Positions 50,147 through 61,068 of a stretch of 64,000 nucleotides of DNA are shown one piece after another. The first letter of the stretch is position 1. Every line of letters starts with the position of its first letter. The translations under genes and the position numbers were made by a program. The notes beneath the pieces are model-generated. The model was not told the DNA's origin. It was given only the letters and a program-made list of their open reading frames with translations, and ran no database searches. This stretch comes from Ramazzottius varieornatus. Taxonomy: Eukaryota; Animalia; Tardigrada. The DNA is taken from the NCBI GenBank assembly GCA_001949185.1, contig BDGG01000007.1, forward strand, positions 1,322,730-1,386,729, in the 5' to 3' direction.

Positions 50147-52345
50147 ATGGCATCTTTCCAGCAACGCGGAGGATCGTACAATCGCCAGTACAGGTATGTT
50201 GCAATCGATTTGCAGAGAGGTGATATTTTGCACATGTTTTGTTGGTCATTGTGTTGCTTTTTTTTGGAGCAGCTCTGGCGGTGGAAGCAACTCCGGCAGC
50301 AGCAATGCTGTTCCCGACGCACCTCCCTACACTTTGTTTATCGGAAATCTTCCGCTGAGTATTATCCAGTCCGACATTGAGCAAATCTTTTCGCAGCAAA
50401 GAGTGAGTCCAAATTTCCGAAATGCACCTTCGATGAAATAATTGCATTACTCTCTGTTGCAGCCAAAATCCGTCCGGATGAATCGCGACAGAGAGACAGA
50501 TGACTTTAAAGGTAATTCATACTTTGCTCCACTTGTGCGAAGGAAGTTTTTACTCTGAATTTCAAGCAGGTCAAGTGAGCTGATTTACGTATTCTTCCTC
50601 TAGGCACCGCTTTCGTGGAATTCAACGATAGAGAACAACTTATCGATGCCCTGGGCTTGAATGGAGCTGTAAGATTTGTTAAATATAACTTGCGAACAGA
50701 AGGCTTCAACTGGCACAATTAATACCGAAAATATATGGATTTTGGCAAACTCCCCAAGATCGTTTCCCAAGTGGCGTACGATTGCACCATTGTTGGCTGA
50801 AGCCGTGCGCCACTTGGATAAACGATCTTGTCGAGTTCGATTGTTACCTAAAGTGGCGCATGTTCTCAGTCGTATTGTCTGAACGCCTGCGCCACCTGGA
50901 AGAACGATTGTGCCAGGTTTCTTTCTGCCATACCACCTTTCTCGTTCCGAATTATATCTCTGCTTGATTTTACAGTTACTGGAAGGTCGGAGCATAAGGG
51001 TGGACGTCGCCGCTCCGCGTGGCGACCGAGGAGCTCCAGGCGGTCGTGGAGGTGGACGAGGAGGATTTCAAGGCAATGATCGGGGTAATTTACGAGGAGG
51101 TAAAATCAGACCAAGATGTTAGAGTGCCTACCCTGCCTGAAATCTTGTTGCACGGTTCCGAGTGGCTCTGCACGGTTCCATCATCTGGATGTCGTTTTGT
51201 TCAAGCATGTCTGCTTGAATCTTTCTGGAGAACGTTACCCCAGCAGTAGAACACTTGGTTGGGTTCCGCGTGTTACGAGCTGAAACATGCTGAAAGCGTG
51301 CTATTCGCTATTAAGTTAAGGGCTTGGGAAAGGAATTTTCTTGACAGATTCAATTTTGTTGTTTGATAGGTGGTCGTGGAGGCTATCAAAATGACTCTGG
51401 CCGAGACTACCAAGGCGGTGGAGGTCGCGGTGGATACAACCACGGTGGTGGCTACAACGGTGGCCAGTCCAGAGGAGCAGGAGGCTACCAAAGTGGGGGT
51501 GGCGGCTACCAGAGCGGTGGTGGCTACAACAACCAACGAGGAGGTGGTTCTTACGGTGGCGGTGGTGGATCGTACGGAGGTCGTGATAACTACGGTGACA
51601 ACCGTGGTGGCTATGACATGGACCGTCGAGGAGGCGGGGGCGGGTTCGGTGGTGGTGGCAGCCGCTATCCGGACAGAGGCCAGGGAGGCTTTAATTCCAA
51701 TGATCGCCAGGGCGGTTATAATAATCGCAGCTCTGGTGGCTACTCCAACGATCGCTCACGCGGTGGCAGAGGCTACGGCGGAGGAGATCGTCCGCCCAGA
51801 ACTATTAACCCTAATGACATATTACCCATGGCTGATCCAGGTAGGAAAGAAACGTACAGATGATAAGCCGGCAAACGAAAATAAATGTGCAGCACCGTTT
51901 CTGCAAGTAACGCATGCTTCCCTTCCGAATAACAGTGGAAACATGCGCCACTTCAGATATCGACATGCAAGCTATCGTAAGGTAGCGCACGGTACCATGG
52001 AAAATACTTGGGCAATGGTAACGTCCGTCTTTGGGCATGAAGATCTTGTACGTCTCGGTTGCTGGCCTCCCAAGTGTCTTCTGACGTCAAAGAATTTTCT
52101 AACTTGTGTTTTCTTTTGTAGAGGATGCTGCGAATAGGCCGAAGCTGAACCTGAAGCCGCGAACAGTGGGAGAACCACTGAACCAGCTGGCGGAGCAGTC
52201 TGAAAAGTCGCGTCAACTGTTTGGTGGGGCCAAGCCACGAGAAGCCAGAGCAGATGAAGACGAAGTGCTGGAGAAGAAGCTGCAAGAATCAACGGAAGTT
52301 CTCACCGCCAAAGTTAGCTCTCTCAGTGTCACCGATAGCTCTTGA
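50147..52345 (+). CDS. EIF4H: Eukaryotic translation initiation factor 4H (RRM + RGG-rich region)
   Basis: PDAPPYTLFIGNLP; RDRETDDFKGTAFVEF; LLEGRSIRVDVA; long RGG/YGG tract; C-terminal RPKLNLKPRTV...LFGGAKPRE, typical of eIF4H/eIF4B. Confidence 0.85.
50755..50910. repeat. Intronic palindromic module x2 (eIF4H intron)
   Basis: Units at 50771 and 50853 (both N29), period 82. Confidence 0.88.
51895..51995. repeat. Intronic palindromic module, degenerate (eIF4H last intron)
   Basis: GTAACGC-N31-GCGCCAC at 51907; next half-site at 51982. Confidence 0.6.
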
Positions 52346-52666
52346 TTGAATTTACGATGGGTAGATGCGGGAAAAGGAAGAAATGGCTGATGGACAATCG
52401 GTCGACGTTTTTCGTTTCTGTAGTTTTTCAACTTTACACGAGCATTACTTAAACCTACATAGAAAAAAAACATGAGAATGGTCCGTAATTTGTACACTCG
52501 AACCTATGCGCTTTAATCTGTCATTGTTTCGTTTCCTCTATATCTCAATCCTTGGTACTGTAATGCAGTTTTACTCTTTCGCTTTGTTCTTGTTGCTCGA
52601 TAATTCAGTTTCCTCTATGCGAAATTAAACTGGATATTTTTGCAAACGAAAGCTCGGCATACAGAG

Positions 52667-52753
52667 TCGGCAAGATTGTTTCTCCCACGTGGCGCACGGT
52701 TTCAGTTTCACTGGCTGGAAGCGTGCGCCACTTTGGGGAAACGATCTTGTCGA
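52667..52753. repeat. Palindromic module downstream of eIF4H (only clear non-intronic full copy)
   Basis: TCGGCAAGATTGTTTCTCCCACGTGGCGCACG...CGTGCGCCACTTTGGGGAAACGATCTTGTCGA, spacer 29. Confidence 0.88.
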
Positions 52754-53833
52754 GTTTATTTGCCCAGCCTCCGCGGGACCACATGGTTCGGTACATGGTC
52801 CGGAGTCCGCGAAGGACAACAAGCAGGTTTCACATGCTATCGATAAGGCCAAACCAATTTACATTGCAGGGAGCTCGGAGGCTGGTTGCTGAGCTGGAGC
52901 CTGGATGGAGGGGGATCCGCAAAGTGAATCCGTATCTGACCTACCTGCATACACGGATCTTCATTTTCAGCAGGCTCGAGTATGCAGGCACAACTGACTA
53001 GAGCACTGTGCGTTGAATGTTCGATTGATTGGCAGTTCTTTGATTACCACTTCCGGCAGCTCCTCGCTTCCGATTTTTTCCACTCTTCCCCTTTCTTTGA
53101 TTCTTGATAGTCCTGTCAGGACCAGGATGTGCTCTTTCGAGCTGTGTTTTTGGATTTTACTTTTATCCAATTTTTACAACAGGGTCAGGCACCAGGCAGT
53201 TCACCTTAGCCATCCTGTGGAAAATAACTTGGCGAACAGACTGGGAAGCGCCCAAAATCCGAACACCGTTCAAACAAGGCGGCATTTGCAATTTTTTCAT
53301 CCCAACGCGGCAGGAGGGAGTTGCTTTTTCATGAAAACGCACTTTGCAGCGCATGGCCAGACCAAGAAATTAATTCCAAATCAATTGCAGCGGCAATTCG
53401 CAAGTCCGAGGAGGACCGCGGGTGGAGCACTTTTCAGCGCTACCACATCGTCTCCACTGTCGACAAGTTCCTCTTGTAACAACACTTTGTTATAAAGTCC
53501 CGGAACAAAATGCAATAATAAGCGCCACGGTTTTAATAGAAAGAGTAACTGTGAAAAACTTGAATAACAAAGCATCCGTCCGAAATAAAAAGTCAAAATT
53601 CTCATGTGATGAGTCTGGACGAACCGTCAGCGGGTCCAACGGAAAGTAATTTCTTTCCTCGCCGGTTTTCTACAATATATCCGTGACACGACAGGCAAAG
53701 AGATCCTTTTATACGACAAAACAGGCTTGGCGAATGAGTCATCAGTAACAGTAGCGCCCAGAGGTGTCGCCACTATCCATCGGTTTTCCTGTAGAAAAAC
53801 GTCAACATGAGCCTTACTTCCATCTACGAGGTA

Positions 53834-54159
53834 GAGGATATAATTCGGGCATAGTCATTTTCGCACCATAATTCGGACACATTTTTTCGGAGCTCCTGCT
53901 GCACATAATCACGTGTTTCTTGTTTCCTGAGGTGGACGAATCTCTCTCTGCAAGGTGCGAATAGGTTTGGAGACGACTAAATGTTGTAGGTCAGAAGACC
54001 CTGTCGTGGGGAAAAGACGGGTCTGTCCAATGTCAAAAAGCCTAAAGTTGTATCAACAGGTGCCCGATGAGAAATGAGTCAAGAGTTGATGGTAATACTC
54101 AAACATTCTGCATTGCCCGAATTATGGTGCGAAAATCGCTGTGCCCGAATTATGTCCTC
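53834..54159. mobile_element. MITE family copy 2 (homolog of 8845-9176)
   Basis: TIRs GAGGATATAATTCGGGCA...TGCCCGAATTATGTCCTC with GTA on both sides; internal identity to copy 1. Confidence 0.85.
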
Positions 54160-54898
54160 GTAGCCACTTTTCTACCGTATGGGCCACCGGGAATGCACCT
54201 ATTTATCTGAGTAATAACTCAAGGAGACTGAAGAACTTTGCCAAATTACCACAATTTCACCTCGACAGGTTGGGACCCGGTCTGGTTTCCTCGATACACC
54301 GATGTGACGATGTCCTTTTCCCAAGGCTATCAGCTCCCTTGTTGGGAAAATGCAGACCATTGGACGGATTGAACGAGTTGAGTCGTGTGGCGCGTGGCCA
54401 ACGACTGTTGATCAGCTTTATAGAGTGCCAAAAGTAGCGCTTTGCTGTCTGTACGTACCATAAGCTTCTTAGAAGAAGGGCTGCCGGAAACCAGTTAAAG
54501 CCATACACTAGACCTTGTGGCCGCAACATTCTCCAGAACGGACTGGTCGATGGTCAGACGAGGATCCCAAAGATCAACAGCTCGGGTTTCCTGAAACGGG
54601 CCATTGTCTGCGCGACATTACTCAGCCACTGTAAATTAACTTAAGCAAGTCACTGTGTTACTTTGAGCCGGCTTTGAGCAGGTGCAGTTGGTTTGTGGCA
54701 CAGTCATCTTTGTCAAGATTGCATAAGACGGACCACAATGGCGCCCACTGTCAGGTTCAAGGCTCTTTCGCACTTGTCGTTACTTTGTCCGCGCGCATTA
54801 GCCAGAACAATGGACCACTGCCCATCGAAACTGCTGCCGCAAAGCTCTTACAGCCTCCCTCCATATTTTGACCCAAGCCTCCCCATGTAGGCACCATC

Positions 54899-57800
54899 AT
54901 GAGAAGATTTCACGATGTGCCGTCTGGACTTTTATCGTTGATCTTTTTTCTGGATGGATTCTGGAAAACTGGATCCAGCTCTACCCTGTCAGAGGTACTG
55001 CAGAAATGTCTACCATGCTAAAACTTTCTATTTTACCCTGTTCAACTTCAAGTCATTTTCTTCCGAATTTAAATCATACGCTTTCCGAATCTGAAACTGC
55101 TAACTATTGTACCATATTCTCTACGGTCATTTTAGACAAGTTCGATCTCTTTCTCGTTCCGTAGGGTTTCAAAACCGCCAAAGCTTCGTTACGGAGTAAT
55201 GCCGCCCAAACTACAAGCCAGAATTTTGTCTCAATTCAACAAGCAACTAATACGCCCGATCCCATTGCTAGTCAGAGCCAGAGTATCCAGAGCAGTATTC
55301 TCAAAGTCTCCCGAAATCCGCCGGCTAGTATCATCAAGCAGCTGGTCTCCTCAGCAGCCAGCGCTCAGCCCAGTGCTCGTTATGCCACAGCGGGATCAGC
55401 AGGATATGGAACGGGAAGTTACGGCATCGTCAACTCGGGCTATCAAGGCACATCGGTCCTCCAGTCGCCCCTCTACAACTCAAACACCAACAGTAACAAT
55501 TTTAACGCCAACTCTGGAGCCAATTATAACTCGGCCAGCAGCAACAACGCGCCTACGACTTATGGTGTAAACTCAAACAGTGGCTACAATCCGACCATCG
55601 GCACCAACAATGGATATTCTTCGGGCTCGGGAAGTTACAACTCCAACGGCGCTTCCTCATTGGGAAATTCCTACGGCGGAAATAGCAATAATTACGGCAC
55701 TGGCCTTGGAGGTAACAATTATGGCGGCGGAAGTATCGGAAACTCTTACGGAGGAGGTGGACTGTCAAATTATGGCTCGGGCATCAATAGCGGTGGCGGC
55801 TTTGGTGGTGGTATCGGCACCGGTGGAGGGTATGGTGGTGGTATCGGCACCGGTGGAGGGTATGGTGGTGGTATCGGGAGCGGTGGATACGGAGGAGGGA
55901 TTGGTATTGGAAGTGGTGGATACGGAGGTGGAATTGGTACTGGTCCTGGATATGGGGGAGGTATAGGCTCCGGAATCGGTTATGGTGGAGGAATCGGCTC
56001 GGGAGGCTATGGCGGACTACAATCAGGTCTGGGATCCTACGGTGGAGGAATCGGCGGGGTGGGAGGTTACGGTTCGACTGGTATTGGCCTGGGAGGAGGC
56101 TATGGTGGTGGTATCGGTTCCGGGATCGGCGGCTATGCATCGTCGGGCTTGGGCCTCGGCGGTGGAGGGTACGGTACATCTGGCCTGGGTCTCGGTGGAG
56201 GCTATGGATCGACCGGTATCGGAGGATATGGAGGAGGAATCGGTTCCGGTCTGGGCGGCGGACTGGGAGGCGGTGTCGGTTACGGCGGATCCTCACTGGG
56301 ACTGGGAGGAGGTTATGGTGGTAGCTCACTGGGTCTCGGGTCGGGTTACGGCGGAAGTTCGCTGGGGCTGGGAGGAGGCTACGGTTCCTCCTTACTCGGT
56401 GGCGGCGGATATGGCGGGACTTCGTTGGGTGGTTACAGTTCAAGTTTGCTAGGTGGCGGTGGTTATGGGTCTTCGCTGGGAGGAGGATACGGAAGCTCGA
56501 TCGGGCTGGGTGGTGGTCTGGGGACTTACGGGTCCGGCCTGGGCGTTAATCCCTACGGTACATCGATCGGCGGCGCCTACGGCGGGGGTGGCATTAATCC
56601 CTACGGTTCAACGGGCTCGCTGTACGGTTCATCGGGTCTGGGCTTAGGCGGCATTAACCCCTACGGTGGTGGATCGTCGCTTTATGGCGGCGGCTTGAAC
56701 GCCTATGGGTCAAGCCTTGGGTCAGGCGGAGGATTGACCAGCGTACCCTTCGGATCTAATGTCATCGTTGGAACACCCATCGGTGGCGCTGGCTCACTGT
56801 ATGGCACCTCCAGCGGTATTAACCCTTACGGAAGCTCTACAGGCCTGGGATCGATGTACGGAGGTAGCGGGCTGTCGGGAGGTCTGACTAGTGTTCCCGC
56901 TGGGTCCAACGTCATTGTGGGAACACCGATCGGTAACACAGGCACCAGTGGCATTTACGGTGGCACCTCCAATATCTACGGGAGCAGTGGAACCAGTGGC
57001 GGCTTGACAAGTGTTCCTGCTGGGTCGAACATCATTATCGGGACACCGATTGGTGGTAGCGGAACTAGTGGACTTTACGGTGGTACATCGAACATTTACG
57101 GTTCTACGGGTACGAGCATGTACAATCCATACGGGACAATGGGGACGTCGATGTACGGTGTCAGTAGCGGCGGGCTGACCAGTGTACCCTTCGGCTCCAA
57201 CATCATCGTGGGGACACCGATAACGGGTGGCGGACAGACCTCTGTGCCGGCTGGTAGCAACGTGGTGATAGGGACGCCCATTGCCGGAGCCAGCTCCAAC
57301 AACCTGCAGACCGTTCTGAATAACGCCCTATCGCCCAACGCCGGTGCGGTCAATAGCGCCGGCAGTAGTGTGACGGCACCACCGGTCAACCCCAACGATC
57401 CCTGCACAAATAGCCAAGGTTCGTCGTGTCGCATGTATTTTGAGCCAGGACTACTGGCCACTGACATATCGGTGAATGGAAAAAGCTGTGGCAGTTTAAA
57501 CTAACCGGGTTTTGCTTTAGGGCCGGGTATTGGAGGACCCTTCACCTTTGCGCTGACTCCGCAGACTGCGCAGTGCAGCAGCATCTTTAGCGCCATTCCG
57601 CCGGACACACCGGTCGGAACCATCGGCGCTACTGGAGGTATCGCGCCACTCAGTTGGAGCATTGTCGGAGCCAGGTAAAATTTGGGGGGAAAAAAGCAAC
57701 TCCAGAATCTGTCGATATTACCATTCGATACTGTCGATCTGATTATGTCTTATACAAAATTAGTAAACTCTTGGGCGGTCTTTCGAAGCAATAGTAAATG

Positions 57801-58106
57801 GCAGCGGCCATGAAACGGGCTTTTTCCAACGAGATGGCGGTACAGTTTGTTCGGTGAAGTTGATCATCTCTGTACCGCGCAAAATTTTGTGACGAGATTA
57901 GCAAACTTCCGAACCAGTTTGTTATGTATAATTAACTTGCTGATGATCTTTCTGTACTTCGCAGTCAATTCATCATCAATTCTTCAACCGGCCAGTTAAC
58001 CGTCAACACACCCTTGGTCGACGGTTCCTACCCTGTGGTTGTTCAAGTACGCGACGTCTGTGGAAGACTATCGACAAATACAGTTACCGTTTCTGTTCGA
58101 TGTTAA
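54899..58106 (+). CDS. Gly/Tyr/Ser-rich, probably secreted structural protein with a C-terminal cadherin-like domain
   Basis: Exons about 54899-54994, 55165-57418, 57521-57674 and 57965-58106 join in frame. GGYGGGIG repeats; five GGxTSVP(F/A)GSN(V/I)(I/V)(V/I)GTPI repeats; tail PDTPVGTIGAT...WSIVGASQFIINSSTGQLTVNTPLVDGSYPVVVQVRDVCG...VTVSV. The first exon is least certain. Confidence 0.75.
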
Positions 58107-58307
58107 AATTTCCGGATTCCACCCATTGTTTCTCGATAAGACTCTTCTGTATTCATACTCTTCGACACGTCGATCTCTACCAAAAACATAATCGCAGTAA
58201 AATATACAGCGTGAAACTGTAACATGCCTACTTCAGAGTTCGAACCATACCAGAAAATTTAGCCGATCGCTGGTAAAACAAGGAGCGGATAACCATGCTT
58301 GATAGCC

Positions 58308-59937
58308 TCAAACTTTCTTGATGATCTGAACAACGTCTTCGTCGGCTAGTTCGTGATCTTTGCCTACGCGTTGTGGTTGATGCTTCACGGAAGATCCCCA
58401 AACCAAGGCCACTTTGAACTCTTTCACCAAATTCTTGTGGATCTTCGTGCAGAAGTCTTCGATAGATTTTCTGTCGTGAGAAAGAATGACAGGGGAGTCG
58501 TAATCGGGAAGTTGACCTCTGGGCTTCGTGTAGATCCGCACGAGGTTGAGGTAAACCCATAACTTTTCCAACACTGCAACAGAAAATCAAGTCATGACCG
58601 AAACTGACTAAGACAACAAGTTGCATACAAAGCCATGATGTTGAATAGCACTAAGAATGTACCCAGGTCGAAAAGCACCAAACGGAAAGTGCGCACTATC
58701 TGAGACACGCACCCGGGTACAAAAACGAAACTGTGAGTTGGCGAGTAATGCGACTTACAATCGTCAAAGTTCCATTTATGGTGAGCAGAAATCGGTACGC
58801 AGTGAGGAATTTTGTAAATGATATCCAGTTCTTCAACGGATATTTGGTCAATCTTGTTGAGGACGTAGATACAGGGCATGTAGACGCGGTTGCCTTCGAT
58901 GACATCAATGAGATCGTCGGCTGTCGCGTCGTACCTCAACGTCACATCGGCATTGTGGATTTTATACTCTGACAAAATGGACCTGACATTCTCCAAGTCC
59001 AGCTCACTTTGCGGACACTGCAAAAGAAATCCACTGTAAGCCTCGGTTTATACTAGGAAACTGAACAGGAAGTATTACCATAATATTCAAATTGACTCCA
59101 CCTTTCTCCTTTTTCCTAAAGCCGATATTTGGTGGTTCTTTGTTGAGCCGGATTCCGAAGCCTTCCAGTTCGTACTCGAGCAATTTCTTGTGTTGAAGAG
59201 GCTTGAGGACGTCGAGAACGATGAAGATCAGACTGCAGGTGCGAGCGACAGCGATAACTTGACGGCCACGTCCTTTACCGTCTTTGGCGCCCTCGATGAT
59301 ACCTGGCAGATCCAGCAGTTGGATCTTGGCGCCCTTGTACTTAATCACGCCAGGGACGGTGGTGAGTGTCGTGAACTCGTAGGCAGCTACTTCGGAGTAA
59401 ACACCGGCCAGGTTGGTGAGGAGAGTCGATTTACCGACCGAAGGAAAACCTGCAACATATCATCCACTTCAAGCCGCACATGACGTCAAAATCCATACCG
59501 TCACACATACTGAAAATTTTGATGTAGTGCGCAACCCAGCTGAATCTTCAACCAAAACATTACCCCACAGCAATATAGGGATCCCTGTATTTGCTTACCT
59601 ACAAATCCAATACGGGCATCTAAAATAATAGGCATCGGGTCAGTTTTCATAAAGCAGTCAAGTAAGGAGAGAAAACGCACCTCCGGTTTTAGAGACGTCA
59701 AAGCCTTCGCCAGCACCACCGCCACCTCCTTTCGGTGTGATTAACTCTCGTCGTAATTTTGCAAGCTTAGCTTTCAGCAGGCCAATATGGTAGGACGTGG
59801 CTTTGTTCTTCTGCGTCCTGGCCATCTGCAAACAACAATAACCGTCTCTCAGTCACGAGCACAAGCGTCGAGATGACGAACGATTACCGATCACTTACCT
59901 CGGCTTCAATCTCGGCAATCTTCTGCAGGATACTCAT
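58308..59937 (-). CDS. DRG1: Developmentally regulated GTP-binding protein 1
   Basis: [67 protein letters not shown] and the TGS domain ([14 protein letters not shown]). Includes a 21-nt microexon at 59619-59599. Confidence 0.96.
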
Positions 59938-59939
59938 CT

Positions 59940-60450
59940 CGAAGCTGGATCTGACCGGACTCTTCGGACAGCAAAAACGGAGATGATTATAGGCTTAGTC
60001 GAGAACAGAGGGAAAAAGAGTTCGGTGAGGGATTTTGGAGGAATCTTCGAGGAAGAGGCGATTTCCGGAAGTACTTTCTAAGACCTTTTGATTTTCTCAT
60101 ATGGAAAGCGAAACGAAGCGATACCACAATCGAGGGCGGTAGCAAGTACATAGTATAACTGAAGCGACGCGGATGAGGCCCTGACGTCATGGGGACACAT
60201 GACTGTTCAAAGTGGAAGAGAAGTATGGTGAGGCGACATTCACCCAGACACCACATGATTTAACAGTGGATTCACTCCCAAGCTCCAACCCCTTAGTAGT
60301 TGCATCCCCTATGGTGCAGTTTGCAGTTTTCACAGCTGGTCAGATTTTGCGAAAGAGAAAGATCACAAAGCGATAACCTTCGATGTTTTCTCCGCTTTCA
60401 GGAAGTCATCCCGAGAACGGTTTAGTGTTTCCGGAAGTCCTTCTTATCCC
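59940..60450. promoter_or_regulatory. Probable bidirectional promoter, DRG1/4E-T
   Basis: Head-to-head arrangement; CCGGAAGT (ETS) at about 60065 and 60431; CRE TGACGTCA at about 60182; non-coding exon donor CAG|GTAATT at 60558. Confidence 0.5.
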
Positions 60451-61068
60451 GTTGTCTCTCCCAGTGTACTTCGTTCGCAGTCGCGTGCTGTAGCCGTGTC
60501 TTGCTCGCAAACCAGCCCGGACTCTCCCATCGAAGCTGAACAAGCGCCCGTTCAGCAGGTAATTTTAATTCAATTTTGTTTTGCGGTTCAATCGCTTGAT
60601 TGCACGTGTTTTGCTTGTTCGATTGGCGAATTTCACTATTTTTACGAGGGACTCTTCGGTGATTCTTCCCGCTGAGTTCTCCAAATCACGTCCACAGACT
60701 TCTGAAGATGTATGGTGTATGTAGGTCTTCGCCTTCGTGGGGACATTTCGTTCAGAAAGCCCGATAAGGCAGGCGGTGCCTGGATCAGCAGTGTGTCCTT
60801 CACACTCGCGCGCCTTTACGCTTCCTCCTCACTACCTCCACTTCACGCACACCGCTTCCTTCTTTACCCCACACTCTCCGTCCGACTTTTGCAGTATTAA
60901 TTGATCTATAAGGTAAGCTGGACGGCTTCGCTACCCGAATTTTTGCACCTGATGTCATTCTGGTCACCGTTGCAGAGAATCTCCTTTGTGTCTCGTTTGT
61001 GTGACTTGTGAGTGTGCATTATCGACGTGCTTTTCACTGACATCATCCTCGAGGACGCAGTTGACGTC

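Noticed and set aside
51370-52137. 255-aa Val/Ala/Thr-rich ORF
   Set aside because: Alternative frame of the Gly-rich eIF4H exon reading into the intron.
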